From positions 7,378,001 to 7,442,000 of the forward strand of contig CM052824.1 of NCBI GenBank assembly GCA_028534125.1: a stretch of DNA of 64,000 nt. The letters are read 5' to 3'. The position numbers were made by a program, and so were the translations under genes. This stretch comes from Lama glama. Taxonomy: Eukaryota. The notes under the pieces are model-generated. The model was not told where the DNA came from. It saw nothing but the letters and a program-made list of their open reading frames with translations, and did no database searches. Shown here piece by piece: positions 50,595-63,744 of this stretch (within the stretch, counting starts at the first letter, position 1; every line of letters starts with the position of its first letter).

Positions 50595-50870
50595 GCTGGC
50601 GTCACTAAGAAAAATGGAGATGTCAGAAGGAGCAGCTTCTCTGGGCAGGGAAGATGAGCTCATATTTCTGCATTTCACATGACGGGATTTGACGTGATGC
50701 TCATGGAGCTGGTGGAGAGAGGTGGAGAAAACTCCAATGTGGTTCTGGAAATCGGCTTTATAGCGTTGAGACTGGAATAAATAAGATTATCCCAGAAGGG
50801 GCAAAGGGTGAGAGAGAAGAAGGTAAAGAACAGAGTCTTGAGGGAAGCCTTCATTGAGAAGAGACAGCCG
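50595..50870 (-). mobile_element. L2 fragment
   Basis: ggaagatgagctc...tttgacgtgatgc...gagagaagaaggtaaagaacagagtcttgagggaa. Confidence 0.55.
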
Positions 50871-51621
50871 CCTCAGGGAAGGAGTGGGCACAGTTGCCAA
50901 AGCTGGCTCATAGTTGGTGACGTCCTCTTGGGCCAGGCTTCTGCTGAGGCCAACTCAGTGGACTGCATTCAACACCTCACCCAGCCAACTCTTCTGCAAA
51001 GCTTTGCATCTGGCACATAGGAGACTTTTTCAAAAAAATCTTCTCAAATTAAATTGGAAAGAACTAACATTTTCTCTGAGTGAACCGTGTGAGCCATAGG
51101 TTTTAATAATTCTACCTCATTGACTTCTCTCAGCTTATTTTGCCCCTTTTTGGAGATGAAGAAATTCAGACATTGAGTAAGTGGGGAAATTAGGAGTCAA
51201 CGTCAGACCCGCCTGATTCCAAAGTGATTTCCATCTTCCACACCGTGTGTCTGAGATGTCTGCCTTGTGTGATCACTGGATTGTTTTTAGTGCAGTTTAG
51301 TTTTCTATTGTTGTGATGATGATGGTTGTTCGAAGAAACGAGAAGGCTTTATTTGACAGGAAATAATGAGCTGTCATTTTTACATGAACTAAAGTTCCTG
51401 TTGAGAAAAAAAAAATGACATGGTGACTGGAATTTGTGTTTAAATTATTCCTCCATCTAAACAAAGTGAACCAACTAGTTAGCCATATACAAGATTTGTA
51501 GTAGACAGTTTTGTAATATCACTATCATTAGTTGCACTAGGCAAATATCATCCATCTGTCAAGAGATAAAAATGTATCAACTCACACCCACCCTACTTTT
51601 TTTTTTAGGACTTGAACATTC

Positions 51622-51737
51622 TCTTTTTTTTTTATTGAACTATAGTCAGTTACAATGTTGTGCTAATCTCTGGTGTACAGCATAATGTTTCAGTCATATA
51701 TATACACACATATATTCCTTTTCATATTCTTTTTCAC
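51622..51737 (-). mobile_element. Short young L1 3' end
   Basis: poly(T), then attgaactatagtcagttacaatgttgtg...tctggtgtacagcataatgtttcagtcata. Confidence 0.88.
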
Positions 51738-53399
51738 ACACTCCTTTTCTTTTGATAATTGGACAAAAGTTCATTCTGCTTATAAGATTGCACTGGTTGA
51801 TTTTTATTTGCTCATGGATGAAGAATTTTCTTCTTGTCACTTAGGACTTTGAGGTTTATACTATATAAAAATCTCCTGATTTGAAACCTGAGGAAATGGA
51901 TTTAAATCTCCCTTTAAGGATTATCAGTGAGGTCAAGAAGCATGTTAATGAGGTGTGGACAATACCAGGACCAGACGGGTGAGCTCTCTGTTCTGCCCTC
52001 CAGCTCCTCTCCAGACCCCAGGAGGAGAGGAGCAGGTCATGCCTTTTCAGAGGAAGGGCTGGGGAAGTGGTATTTCCTCTTCTGTAAGAGGGAAAAGGAA
52101 ACCCATCCATTTAGGGTGTCTGGGCTAGATCTTAATCCTTCTGATCTGGAGTTGTCATTTTTTTTTCTTTATGTTAGATAGGAAAGAAAGTTGTGCCCTG
52201 ACCCAAAGGAAAACAGAACATCTGAATTATGACCCCACTCCCCGCAACCAGCCACCACATGAAAGAACCTTCTGCATCACTAACTATTCAAGCTGACAGG
52301 GAAAATCTGAAAGGGAATGTGACATAATGCCATAACGTAAAAGATGGAAGGCAGAGACCAAAAAAGAGAGGATGGCCCTTTATTCTCTATTAAAAGTGCT
52401 CATTCATAGGAGGAGAGGTTGAAGAAAAAACTAACAATGTAAAAAGGCAACATCAAAAGTGTACTCAATTCTGACTTTATTCTAGCCATTCACCCTTTTG
52501 CACTATATCTTATCTTTTAAGGTTTTTTTGTGTGTGGTTTTCATAACATATTTGATGTATTTTAGAAAGGCCGTGTAAAAAGGAGAGAGAGACTAGAATA
52601 AAGCTTACTCTTTCTTAACAGCTATTTGGATGTTAATGCCTCATAAAGAAAATACTTTATGAAGTTTTCCCCTTAAGTTGGAGGTGATTTTTGATATTTC
52701 ATCCTGACGGTCTTTAATAACCCATTATAATTTACAATGTTGATATTGCATGATCGGACAACATCAAAGATATTACATATTTTTTTTCTTAAATAAAAAT
52801 GTCATTTCCTAGTGTAACCTCTGTCTCTGTGAACTAACCTATGTATTCATGCAACACAGTGAAAATCAATGGAATATGAAGCACCAGTAATGATATGTAA
52901 CATGTTTGCAACAGATGGGCTCTTCCATGCGGCTGAGCGCACTGAGGCTTGCTGCTTCATTTAAGCTTGGCTGACATGGCAGATTCAGTGTTACAAAAGA
53001 AGTTTTTTTTTTTTTTTCAGAAGCACCCGGCCCTCCAGCCTCATTGTTTCAATATTCACTGTGTCATTTTACATTTCAATTTTAAAACACCTTATTGCCT
53101 CTGTTAGCATTTTAGGTCTTTACAATCAAAATGGCACAACTATTATTGTGAGAATAGGAGGAATATATAAGCTAATCAATAGATAGTGGTAACTATTTAA
53201 ATGAATGCAAATTTTGTCATTTGTTCTGAACATACACCCTTTTTTATACACCACTCTAAGTCACATCATATGTAATACAAAAATGTTATTCTATCAGATT
53301 CTGTAAAAACCAGAATTCAGTGATTAAGTCCAAGGCCCGAAGTAGGTGTTCAAAAAATATTTGTTAGATTAACTAAAAGTTCTGATTACTCCCTATTAA

Positions 53400-53885
53400 T
53401 GAGCTTTTTTAAGTTTACAAGTTACAGAAATATAATCAAATAGATTCAAGCACAAATAGGGGAGTGGGAGTTATTGACTTAATAGAACTCTGAGGTCCCA
53501 TATTTTACCTTCAGGTGTGATTATATCCAGGAACTGAAAAAATCTTCAGGACTCTTAATTTGTTTTTGTTTTTGACTCGCATCTCCCACTCCCTCCCATT
53601 TCTCCATATTGGCCTGATTTTAAGGTAGGCCCTTTCTTTCTAGGGGTCCCGGCGCTCCCAAATTTCATCTTGCTACCTACGTAACCAAGACGGGAAAATC
53701 TCTCTTTTCCAATAAGTCTCAAAAAAAAAAAAAGTCATTGGTTATATTTCATTGGCCAGGCATATATCCTGTGGCTTCTCTTAGCCCTCAGAAGTGACAT
53801 CATCTTACACTAAAGGTGTGAGTTAAGAGTGAAGGAGTGATTCCCCAAAGGAAACACAAGGTTATTTACACAACATGAGTCTACT
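53400..53885 (-). mobile_element. MLT1 (K/L-like) solo LTR
   Basis: ttacaagttacagaaa...cttcaggtgtgattatatccagg...tctcttttccaat...tcattggcca...ttccccaaaggaaa. Confidence 0.65.
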
Positions 53886-55587
53886 ACACAATCTCACCTG
53901 AGATAGATCCAACTTTGTAGAGTATATTTTCGTACTGGAATTTCGCCAGCGTCACAGCTCTGCAAGAAAGATCTAAACTATTTCTAACAGGCACTTGTGG
54001 TTGTGAAGGCCACTGTTTTAGACTTTTAGTACTTCGATTTTATCTAATTTGAAGGAGCAGTCTATATGGAGAAAGTATTAGTTAGAGAGATCATCATTCT
54101 CCCTGAAATTAAACCTACAAGCCACTATTTTGAGAACAAGTTTAACAATATGATTTTTTTAAATATTTATTTTATTAAAAATAATAATGCCATCTGAAAA
54201 AAATGACTTTAATTTTCTAAAGAATGTGATCAGGTTTACCTAATAAATGAAACTGATGCTAAAAAAGTGATGACAACATGCTCGAGTTGTTGACTAAGAG
54301 GAATTCTTTTGTTCATATATGGCACCAGAATGCTGTCTGTGTGCATGTATACATATATAGTAACTTGTCCATTCTCTCAGGAGTGGTTCATATCTGAGAG
54401 ACACCTGGCTGGTCAGGTTTGGGTATACAGTCTGGATTATGTACAGAAAAAGCTAATTGGCCCCCACAGGGATCAAACCTCTGATGCCATTATGTGTCCA
54501 TCCGAATCAGCTGTGCTCACCAGCCATAGACAGGCAGAAGCGTCATTAAGTGTCCCAGAGTTCCTGACACGGTCTCCTTCCACACCGCTCCACAACAGAG
54601 TCTGGTGATGATTCATGCAAGAGGCAGCCATGCACATCTCAGCTTCCTGAGGAAGGAACTAGAAGAACAGGTCAAGCAATCTTTTGAAGCTGATAAGGTT
54701 TAAGTCAGCACCTTCCTCGTCAACATCTCCCAGGCCCCTCCACTGGCTCCTCTTCCTTGGCACACTGATACGTGCTGGTGACATCATTTCCCAGGAAAAG
54801 CAGCCCAGCGCCGCATGCTCTCCATTGAATTTTTGCTATTGGAAATCTGAGTTGTTTTTTGCAAAAACATTGTCTTTTAGAGGATGAGGAATACAGTTGG
54901 ATGCATCTTTGGTTTCAAGTATGTCAGGATTTAAATGTCAATTACTAGATCCCAAGTTTACATAAGGTAATTTGAACACAGTCTTAATTTTTCACTGTTT
55001 CATATTCTACAAATCATGTTGCAGAAGTATGTTAAGTGCTTCCTTTGAACATGTAATGAACATGCCCCATCCTCTCATCAGCTTTTGGTTTCTCCCTATA
55101 TGAGAGATTGCTTCTAGCCCTTGACCTATATGATTAAAAGGACATATTTATATTTTACACATTTGTTATGTATTTCATAAGATAGCATAATACAGCAACT
55201 GACAAAATGCATGTATGGTACTTACTTACATGTAGTTAAAATACTTAAAAAGGCTTTTTTACCACAGCTTGTCCAAAGCATGATGCCCACAATCGTATTA
55301 ACATCAGATCATCACGCATTAAATGTCTTTGATAATGAGCATCATGATCAGAATCTGTAGGCTGAGCCTATCTTCTTATATATAGACATGAAACATGTAT
55401 ATATGTGTGTTATTTTACAGGCCTTGATGCTAAAACTATTCTTCTATGTACTACTTTATGGTGATAGTTGGGTTCAAATTTTTTTAAGACTGAATCAGGA
55501 CTGTTGACTTTAAATGTATGATTTGATTTCCAGATACATGATAAATAAAACTTAAGAATATAGGGTAATTTAACTGTTATTTTAAAA

Positions 55588-55700
55588 TAAGAAGAAAGAA
55601 AGAAGGAGACAGCAGAAGGAAACAAGGGAGGAAAGAAGAAAAAGGAGAAGGAAGAGAAGAAGGAAGGGAGGAAAAAAGGAAGGGAGGGATGGAGAAATAA
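55588..55700. repeat. Purine-rich (GA) low-complexity tract
   Basis: About 110 bp, almost only A and G. Confidence 0.9.
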
Positions 55701-57469
55701 AACAAAAATTGCCTGTAGATGTCCCATAGACCTTGGTAGCAGGATTACACATGCTATTTAAATCTACCTCTAAAAAGCAAAATCAAAAAAAAATGCATAG
55801 CATAGAAACTATCCCTAATCTAAAACAATTTTGGTTAAAGTCAATCAGATGTGAAAACATAATGTTACATGAAACAGATACAGACTGAATGTGTTAAGAA
55901 ACTCAGATAAAATGGCTAAGACATCTCTAAAATAGATTTCTTTTTTTTTTCTCTTTTTCAAGGCAAAATACATGAGAAGAAAAGCATGAGTCCATTAAAA
56001 AAAAAGAGGAGGGAAGTGACCATTTTATTTAAAATGACTAAGCAAGTCACTTTCCTCACGGTGTTGGGGGGACTTTTTACATGAGCTCAGAAAGCTGTGA
56101 AAATATTGTATATTGTACAACTGAAAACATGATGGACAGCCTGAAAAATAACAAAAGTGAAATTCAATGCTATTTCAATCACCAAAGCTAAATGTAAGGC
56201 TTTCCAATAATGTAACTTATATGGATACTTATAAACACCTAATTCTAGGCACATATAGGAGCAAGTATAAAATACTGTAATTAAAACATCCATTAAAACA
56301 CATATGGACTTAAGAGTCTCACTGAAACTGCACTATTAACTTTTAAAGAGTCTTAGAGCTGCCAGTTCAGCTGTTTAAATAATAGGAAGACTTGTAATAG
56401 GAACATATTAGGTCATTGTAAGAGAAAAGCCTGTATTTTATACCTCTTTAATGTTAGTCTTTCTGGGATAGTCCCTATGTATTTTATTAATAGCAGAACT
56501 CTTGTCTGGGTGTTATTTCAGCTACAGAAAAGCTTTCTAGAACCCATGTGAACGTATTTGGCTGGGTAAACAGCATAAATGAAAGCATTTTAAATATCCT
56601 GAGTCTGGTTAACGGAAACTGTGCTTATGACAGCAGTTTACCCCTCAATGAGAATTCCATAAATGGCCATCATCCCACGGCGTCGGTGTTCAGAAGCTCT
56701 CCTGGAAGGGAAAGCTTAGGCTGCAATGAGTTTAGAGACTAACAGATGAAACCTCAAATGCTCATAACTGCTGAAAAGGAGAAATGTAGATTTATTTACA
56801 TGGTATTAAAATTAGTTTCATTTGTAAGGTCACTTCTCAAAACTCTTTCAGAAGGTACTGAAGTATAGATAATGAATTATCCGTGATAAAGAAGCCACAT
56901 TATCTATGGAGTCATGGGAGGAAAAAAGATAAAACTGCAAAACACAGCTCCCATGGTAAATATGGATCAAGCATTTCTACAACGTCTCTACACTTCATTT
57001 TATTGACATTTACATTACATTTATTTCAGGCTGATTCCATTTGCCTCCTGGGTACCCATGTTAACTCCAGTATTCACATTTTCCATCTGATTCCTCTTCT
57101 CTGCTGGCAGGGTGTAGCCCTATCTGTCCATCATTCAAGGATTCAACTGAAAGGTTGCTCTTCCCCCACCTCCCCATTCAGAAGGTTTTCCCAGCCCTTC
57201 CCTGCCTGCCTGTCAGCTTTCCTGCTTTCCTTTTCCCCCATCTTCCTTCTTGTATTGTGTGTCATAAATCTGTTCTGTTTTTGGAGGTCATACTCTTTCT
57301 TAATACACTTTCCTCTGGGTCACCCTTTGAAAATTTTGAATGTGGAGTCCAACTTTCGATCAATCAGTTAGCAGACATTTTCTGATACCTCCATGTATAC
57401 ATTCAACACAACATTAAACTTACCCTTTAAATAAGGAGCCTCACAGAAGTGGGACCAAAATCTCATATA

Positions 57470-57955
57470 CAGATATTCCTCTACTTAGATGGTGTTACAT
57501 CCTGATCAGCTCACTATAAGTTTAAAATATCATTAAGTGGAAAATGCATTTAATGCATCAAACCTCCTGAACATCGTAGTTCAGCCCAGCCTATCTTCTA
57601 TGTGCTAAGAACACTTACATTAGCCTGCAGTGGGGCAAAATCATCTCACACAAAGCCTGTTTTATAATAAAGTGCTGAATGGCTCATATCATTTACTGAA
57701 GACTGTACAGAAAGTGAAAAACAGAGTAATTGTATAGGTACCAAATGGTTGCCAGTGAATCGGTTGTTTATCCTCACAATTGTGAGACTGACTGGGAGCG
57801 TGGCATCACCAGAGTGTCATATGGTATATTGCTAGCCCAGGAAAAGAACAAAATTCGCAATTTGAAGTACGGTTTTCACTGAATGCATATGGCTTTTGCA
57901 CTATCGTCGAGTAGAAAAATCCCAAGTTGAACTATCGTCACTTGGAGACCATCTG
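57470..57955. mobile_element. Tigger5/MER47-family TcMar-Tigger non-autonomous element, both ends present
   Basis: TA|cagatattcctctactta...tcacttggagaccatctg|TA; internal gaacacttacattagcct...gggcaaaatcatct...gaagtacggttt matches MER47/Tigger5. Confidence 0.88.
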
Positions 57956-58054
57956 TATTAAGCTCTTCCTAAAATAAAGACTGCTAGACACTTTTATAAA
58001 TGATCTCACTGAAAATTTCCAAAAATCTGCTCCCTCCAGTTCCAACTGGGTCTG

Positions 58055-58265
58055 CATCATGTGGGAGAGTGGACATCCAGCCAGACGGCAGAAGCCGTGG
58101 GTCCTGACTCTGCTCCACTGCCCACCAGCTCTTCAGTCACGGGCATCTCACTCTACTAAATTTCAGCGTTGGTATTCACCTCAGCTGGAGATAATAATGG
58201 CCAAAGTTCACACGTGGCAAAAGATGTGGAAATTGTCTGTACCTTTCGAAGAGCTATTCCAATAG
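58055..58265 (+). mobile_element. MIR SINE
   Basis: gggtcctgactctgctccact...ggagataataat. Confidence 0.55.
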
Positions 58266-59089
58266 CAGGTATTACAGTCTCCCACAAAGGTGCACGAAAG
58301 ACGACCTTCAATTTTTCACATAATTAATTTTTTAAAATGTTAATCAGAGCTACCTGAAACTCGTCCCTGTAACAAAGTCATTATCACCTTTACTTGTGTT
58401 CTTATGTGGGAGAAAAAAGAGTCAAGGTAGGGATGGATAGAAGGATGGATTTATAGATTATGAGGATAGTTAATATCCCTAAGCTTCTTCCCTGCAGTTT
58501 TTAAAGCTACTGAGAACCAGGCTCTTCTTCTGTGCCAGGGACTAAGTTGAATGTTTTATATATGTTTCAGAAAGAAAAAGACAAATTCCTTCCAGAATTC
58601 AAACTTTTTTTAAACCACAGTGGTCATCGCTTCAATATTCTGAAAAAAAAGAAAAAGAAGAAAAAAGGAAAATTAGACTGAATTGCCCTGTTGTTAAAGG
58701 TTGGGAAGTGGGGACAAGGGGAGGTGCTGAAAGGTGAGACTGAAACACCAGAGGCAGGAGCCCAGTTAGGTTTTGAGTCAAGGCACATTAGTGATGAGCT
58801 TCCGGTTGGGGAAATGGCTGAGGGTCTTTGGAAAATCATGTAATTCTAGCAGACTTTATGGAAACACCTGCAAATCTTTGAACTTTCGGAAAGCCTGTAC
58901 CCTCTCCCACCACTCCCCTCACCCACCCGCACACATACACACTCTGATGGTAGTGGTACTACTGTAGGAGATTAAGAATTGAGACAGCACTGGGCACGTG
59001 ATAATATGGTAAGGAAAGAGAGACTAGAATGGGAGGGTGGGGACCAGCAGGAGTCGGAACTGAAAGGGTCTGGTAGCCATATGTGCATC

Positions 59090-59262
59090 ACAAGGAGGCC
59101 TCAAAACTGGATTCAGATCTAGGATCTTGCAATTAGAAGTGGTGTGATCTTGGGAAAGTGCTTTTTCCTTTCTGAGACCCTGATTCATCAGAGTAGTTGA
59201 GGATGCTGACAATTTCCACCTTGAGAGATTGTTTTCTAGATTAAATATGAAAAAACATATGC
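59090..59262 (+). mobile_element. MIR SINE
   Basis: ctggattcagatct...gtgtgatcttgggaaagt...tctgagaccctgattcatc...gattgttttctagattaaat. Confidence 0.7.
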
Positions 59263-59518
59263 ATGACCAATGATGACGGCTAGGTGGGTTTTCCCAGTGT
59301 GCTACTGCCTCCTTATGCCTTTCTGTCCTTTATGAGTTGAATACATGTGAAAACAGCACCCTTTCCTCTTTGACGGTCTCCTGTATTAATAAGGGTATTT
59401 CCTGGAATAACGGTTAAGGACAGCGCTGTAGAGAACCAGGTGGGGACCTCGACATCGTGCTAAATCTACTCCTTCCTTCTGGGAGTAAACTCTCCGTGCT
59501 TTACCTGTGGTGTGGATT

Positions 59519-59523
<5 letters not shown>

Positions 59524-59552
<29 letters not shown>
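59524..59552. repeat. (CA)n microsatellite at an L1 tail position
   Basis: Seen directly. Confidence 0.95.
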
Positions 59553-59556
<4 letters not shown>

Positions 59557-59559
59557 GAC

Positions 59560-59695
59560 AGAAGTGTAGTCAGTTTACAACGTTGTGCCAATTTCTGGTG
59601 CGCAGCACAGCGCTTCAGTCATACAGGAGCATACATGTATTCGTTTTCACGTTCTTTTTCACCATAAGTTACTAAAAGATACTGAGTGTAGTTTC
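59560..59695 (-). mobile_element. Short L1 3' end, GC/CpG-enriched
   Basis: gaagtgtagtcagtttacaacgttgtgccaatttctggtg...cttcagtcatac is homologous to the copies at 36.6 and 51.6 kb. Confidence 0.88.
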
Positions 59696-60449
59696 CTTCC
59701 ACTAACACGAGTGGATTTGGCTGAACTGAGTAAAAGTACCCCGTGCCAGGTGCGGAGTGGAGCAGCCCGGGAGGTAAACGCTGAAGACCTCTTCATCGTC
59801 TTAGCAGATTGACCTAAGACCCCGCTTCCCTTCCTGAAACCGTCTTAAAAATGGGAAGTGATCTGACAAATTAGTTTACATTAAGGTGACATTAAATGAC
59901 AGTCTGATGTGTCAACTTTTCTGAAGGATATGTGTACATGAAACATAATAAAAGCAGAGAATGTATCCTGACCACTTCCTGTGTTAACAGGCACTTTCCT
60001 AAGGACTTTTTGAGTATTAGTATACAGTGTTCAACTTCACACAGCCACCTGACAAAGCTCCTTTTAACATTCCCATTTGGAAAACAAAAATCACAGTCCG
60101 TGACTTTGGACTGTGACTGAATCCTTCTGAGTTCTAGACCCCTGTATCATGTCCCTCCCTTGTTACACGCCCCCAGGCTTTTCTGCTAGCTCACAGAACT
60201 TGGTGTACATTTCTTCTTGGGTCCCAGTTATTAGCCCCTCCATCTTCGTGTTGTTAACATGTCAAAGTTCCTTCTGTCGCTGTGCCTCGTCTGCTGCACA
60301 CTGTGACATCCCCACATCCTTCATCACCTCGCCAGCCTCCCTTGTCTCCAGGACCAAGTGCAGTGGAACTGTAATGTGGAGACGCTGTGCCTCTGGCCAG
60401 GTTAAATCCACCTGTTAGAACCCTGTGTTACATACACCACCACCCCGCA

Positions 60450-61290
60450 GAACACTAATCTGCCACTAGTTAATTTTTGTAAGTGTTAGCTCCAGTTTTG
60501 CCTATAGATGCAAATCCCATGAGAGCAAGAGTATGTCCGCTTTGGTTTTGTTTTTTCTAATTGTCACCATTTTATTCTATTTCCTATTATACAACACACT
60601 GTCACCAGTACCTGCAAGGCATTTTCTCATATTCACACAGGCACAGCAAACACAAAATGTTGAGACTCAGCTCCTTAATCTCTCCCCAAAACCATCTCAG
60701 ATTGCTCTCTCTCGACTTAAACTCAGTGGCCCAGGGAGTCATCCCCGACTGTCGGCTCCGCTCCTCCACTCAGCCCAGCCACAGTCATAAAGTTGTGTGG
60801 ATTCTGCTTCTTAAACTCTGTTCTCCATTTGCAAAATCCAACATTCGATCAATCTTGAAATATTTTCAGAATTTGTCTGGCCTCTTTGTCTACACTTTGC
60901 CCCTCAGAAAGATTCTTTTTCCAAAATGAACAGCTTGTCAAGTTAATTTTTTTTTTTTGTTTGCTGAAAGTCTTTCAATGAACTATTTAACTGTCTTCAA
61001 AATATTGTCCCATATTTTTCTGTGGCTCACTTTCCCTTCCAACTGTGCTATATACCTCAGATTTTCCACAAATCCCTTGCGTTTTTGTGCCCTTTCCCCT
61101 TTGCTTAGACCACTATTCCTTCTGTGAGAAGGTAGCTGACTCGTATTTATCATTAAGAATCATCTGTCAGGTCCTCTAGGAAACGTCTGTCACTGACTCC
61201 TTCCTCTGTGCTCCAGGGCCCGATACTTCCATAGCACCCTGTAGTCAAATAAAAATGTCTCATATTGTGTGTCCATTGTCTTTACTGGAA
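60450..61290 (+). mobile_element. L2 fragments
   Basis: tagatgcaaatcccatgagagcaag...; aaatgttgagactcagctccttaatctctcccc...ggagtcatccccgact...ctccttcctctgtgctcc. Confidence 0.7.
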
Positions 61291-62269
61291 TCAGGAAAAT
61301 CAGATTTGGTTAGAACAATTCCAAAATTCAAAATAATTAGGAAGAATACAATTTTTCCATTATTTGCAGTTTCGTTTGGTATTCAACATTTCATTCCTGT
61401 TCCAATTTCAGTTTGAGACAGAATCCAGACGCCGCCATAACCCACTGAGGGTTGTGGTTTTGTTTTGGTTTCATAATGAAACATTTGTAATAAAACCTCT
61501 CTAATGGTATCATGAAGCCTGCAGGAACTGTAAAAACACTCCACTCCCAGGCCTATTTTTTTTTTTTTGTAGCTTTAATTTGTTGGTTTTTGAGATAAAA
61601 GCTTTAAAAGCTTCAAAAATGATTTGAGGGTACTTCTTGCTTTTCTAGAACTACAGAGACAGTATTTCCAACCAGAGCAGCGCTTTCCCGCATTAAGAGA
61701 ACCTCCAAGGAATCTCTCCACAGACGTGGCTGTGGTCTGTGAGATGCACAGCACACGGCCCCACTGTCTTTCACAGAAATTCTGTGCTGGTTTCAAGGAG
61801 CTGGTTTTGACTCCCTCATGTTAGAGAGGATGCGAGTGGATGGAGGTGGGGAGGGAGGGAACGTTTGATTCTTCTTTCCAGCTGCATGATTTTCTATTTA
61901 ACCTCTGTATTTTTGTGATTTGTAAAGTTAAATGTTTGAAATGGAAAAGGAAGACATGGATTTTTTTTTTTAGCTCAGCCTTTGTGTCTTTTCAATGTTT
62001 TCATGAACATTGTGGTCAAAATTACTATTAAACTTATTATTTTACTTTTTATATATAAAGGAATTTATTAAAGTTGAGTATATACTGAATATGGTTAAAT
62101 TAAGAAAAGGCACAGGTATTGCATGATAAGTAAATATTTAAATTGGCTGTGGAATATACACATAGTAAAATATCTATTTATATGCATAATTCACAGAAAA
62201 CTACTGACAAGGTAGAACTCTCTTGGAGGGATAGATAAATTCTGAAAAGTGTTGCCTTGAAAATTAAAA

Positions 62270-62440
62270 AAAAAATCTATCTTTATTACCTGGCTGAATT
62301 CTTAATCTGCCTTGTTCTCAGCTTTTTGCAGCAAATTATATCTACCTCAGGTTTCTGTGTGGGTCAAATAAAATAATATAAAGTTTCTAGCACAAACCTA
62401 GCATGTGGAAAACGCTCAGTAAATGTATGTATTCTCCCTT
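62270..62440 (+). mobile_element. MIR fragment
   Basis: tctacctcagg...tagcacaaacctagcatgtggaaaacgctcagtaaatgt. Confidence 0.65.
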
Positions 62441-62867
62441 CAGACATTGGAAATCATAAAAGTTCTAGTTTAATCATTGCTTTATGTTTTCAGTAGTGGA
62501 CAGAGAATATTTTAAATTATCAGAAAAGAAAATGTAGCTCTTAAACTGAAGTCATGAACGTGTTGAGATACAACGTTCGAGATGTCCTAAGCAATCTTTT
62601 AATTCAGTCTGCCTACTACTCAGCATAGCAAATGGTTACACAGTCTAAAGTTAATGTCTGTTTTTTAATGTTATACATATACCCTCTTGGGCACAGGGTG
62701 TGATACTTGTGGGCACACAAAGAGGAGGAAGTGTTCTGGTTTCCCATTGAAGGAGTATTTCTTGTGCCTTTGAAACTTTTATTTGTTTTTGTTTTTTTTT
62801 CCCCTGCAGAATTGAGTCACCTAATTTCCCAACCTAAACACTGCAGATAATAACATAATCTCTTCAA

Positions 62868-62935
62868 TTTTCTTTCTTTCTCTTCCTTCCTTCCTTCCTT
62901 CCCTCCTTCCTTCTCTTTTCTTTTTTTTTTTTTCT
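62868..62935. repeat. (TTTC)/(TTCC)n plus poly(T) pyrimidine tract
   Basis: Seen directly. Confidence 0.9.
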
Positions 62936-62984
62936 CATAAGTAACCTAAAACAAAGGGTTTGCAGGAATGGTCTTGGTTTAAAA

Positions 62985-63742
62985 GGTTTGTTGAGGTAAA
63001 TGTGAATAACAAACTGAATGTACTTAAGTTTATAATTTAATGAGCATATTTAAAGCGACAATTTAGTAAGTGTTGACATACTACACCCCTGAGATACCAT
63101 CACCACAATCAAGGCGGTGAACATGTTTCTGAATATCTTTACTGCCAAGGTTTCTTCGTGCTCCTTTGAAATTCACTGTCCCTCACCCAGCCTTATAATC
63201 TGTCCCTCCCAGTCCACGTGTGACCACTAATCTGCTTTTTGTCACGATAGACTATTTTACATTTTCAAAAAGTTTATATAAATATAATTATACAGTATGT
63301 ACTCTTCTTTTTCATTCACTCAGTTTAATCATCATTTTGAATCATCTATGTTATGTGTACATTAATAGCTCCTTCTCTTTTACTGCTGAGCAGTATTCTA
63401 TCATGTTATTATTCCAAAATCTGTGTATCCTTTCACCCATCAAAGGGCATCTGGGTTATTCTGCTATGAACGTTTTTGAACAAACCGACCTAATGATATA
63501 CATCAATATATACTTGTGTAAATAAATATCTAGGTATGGAATGGCTAGGTCACTTGGCAGACGTATGGTTAAATGTTTTCAGGAGATAAACACTGTTTCC
63601 CAAAGTGGTTGCACAAGTTTACACTGACTATCAGGATGAGAGTTACAGTTGCTTCAAGTCATCGCCAAAACTTGGTATAAGCAATCTTTTTAAATTTTGG
63701 ATATTTTAGTAGGTATATAGTGGTATCTCACTGTGGTTGTGT
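62985..63742 (-). mobile_element. L1M (L1ME1/L1MD-like) 3' end
   Basis: ccatcaccacaatcaag...accactaatctgctttttgtcacgataga...tactgctgagcagtattc...ttcccaaagtggttgcac...tagtggtatctcactgtgg. Confidence 0.88.
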
Positions 63743-63744
63743 AT

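Noticed and set aside
56883-57385. 162-aa + strand ORF
   Set aside because: Low-complexity F/L/S-rich translation of pyrimidine-rich DNA, GTG start, no recognisable homology
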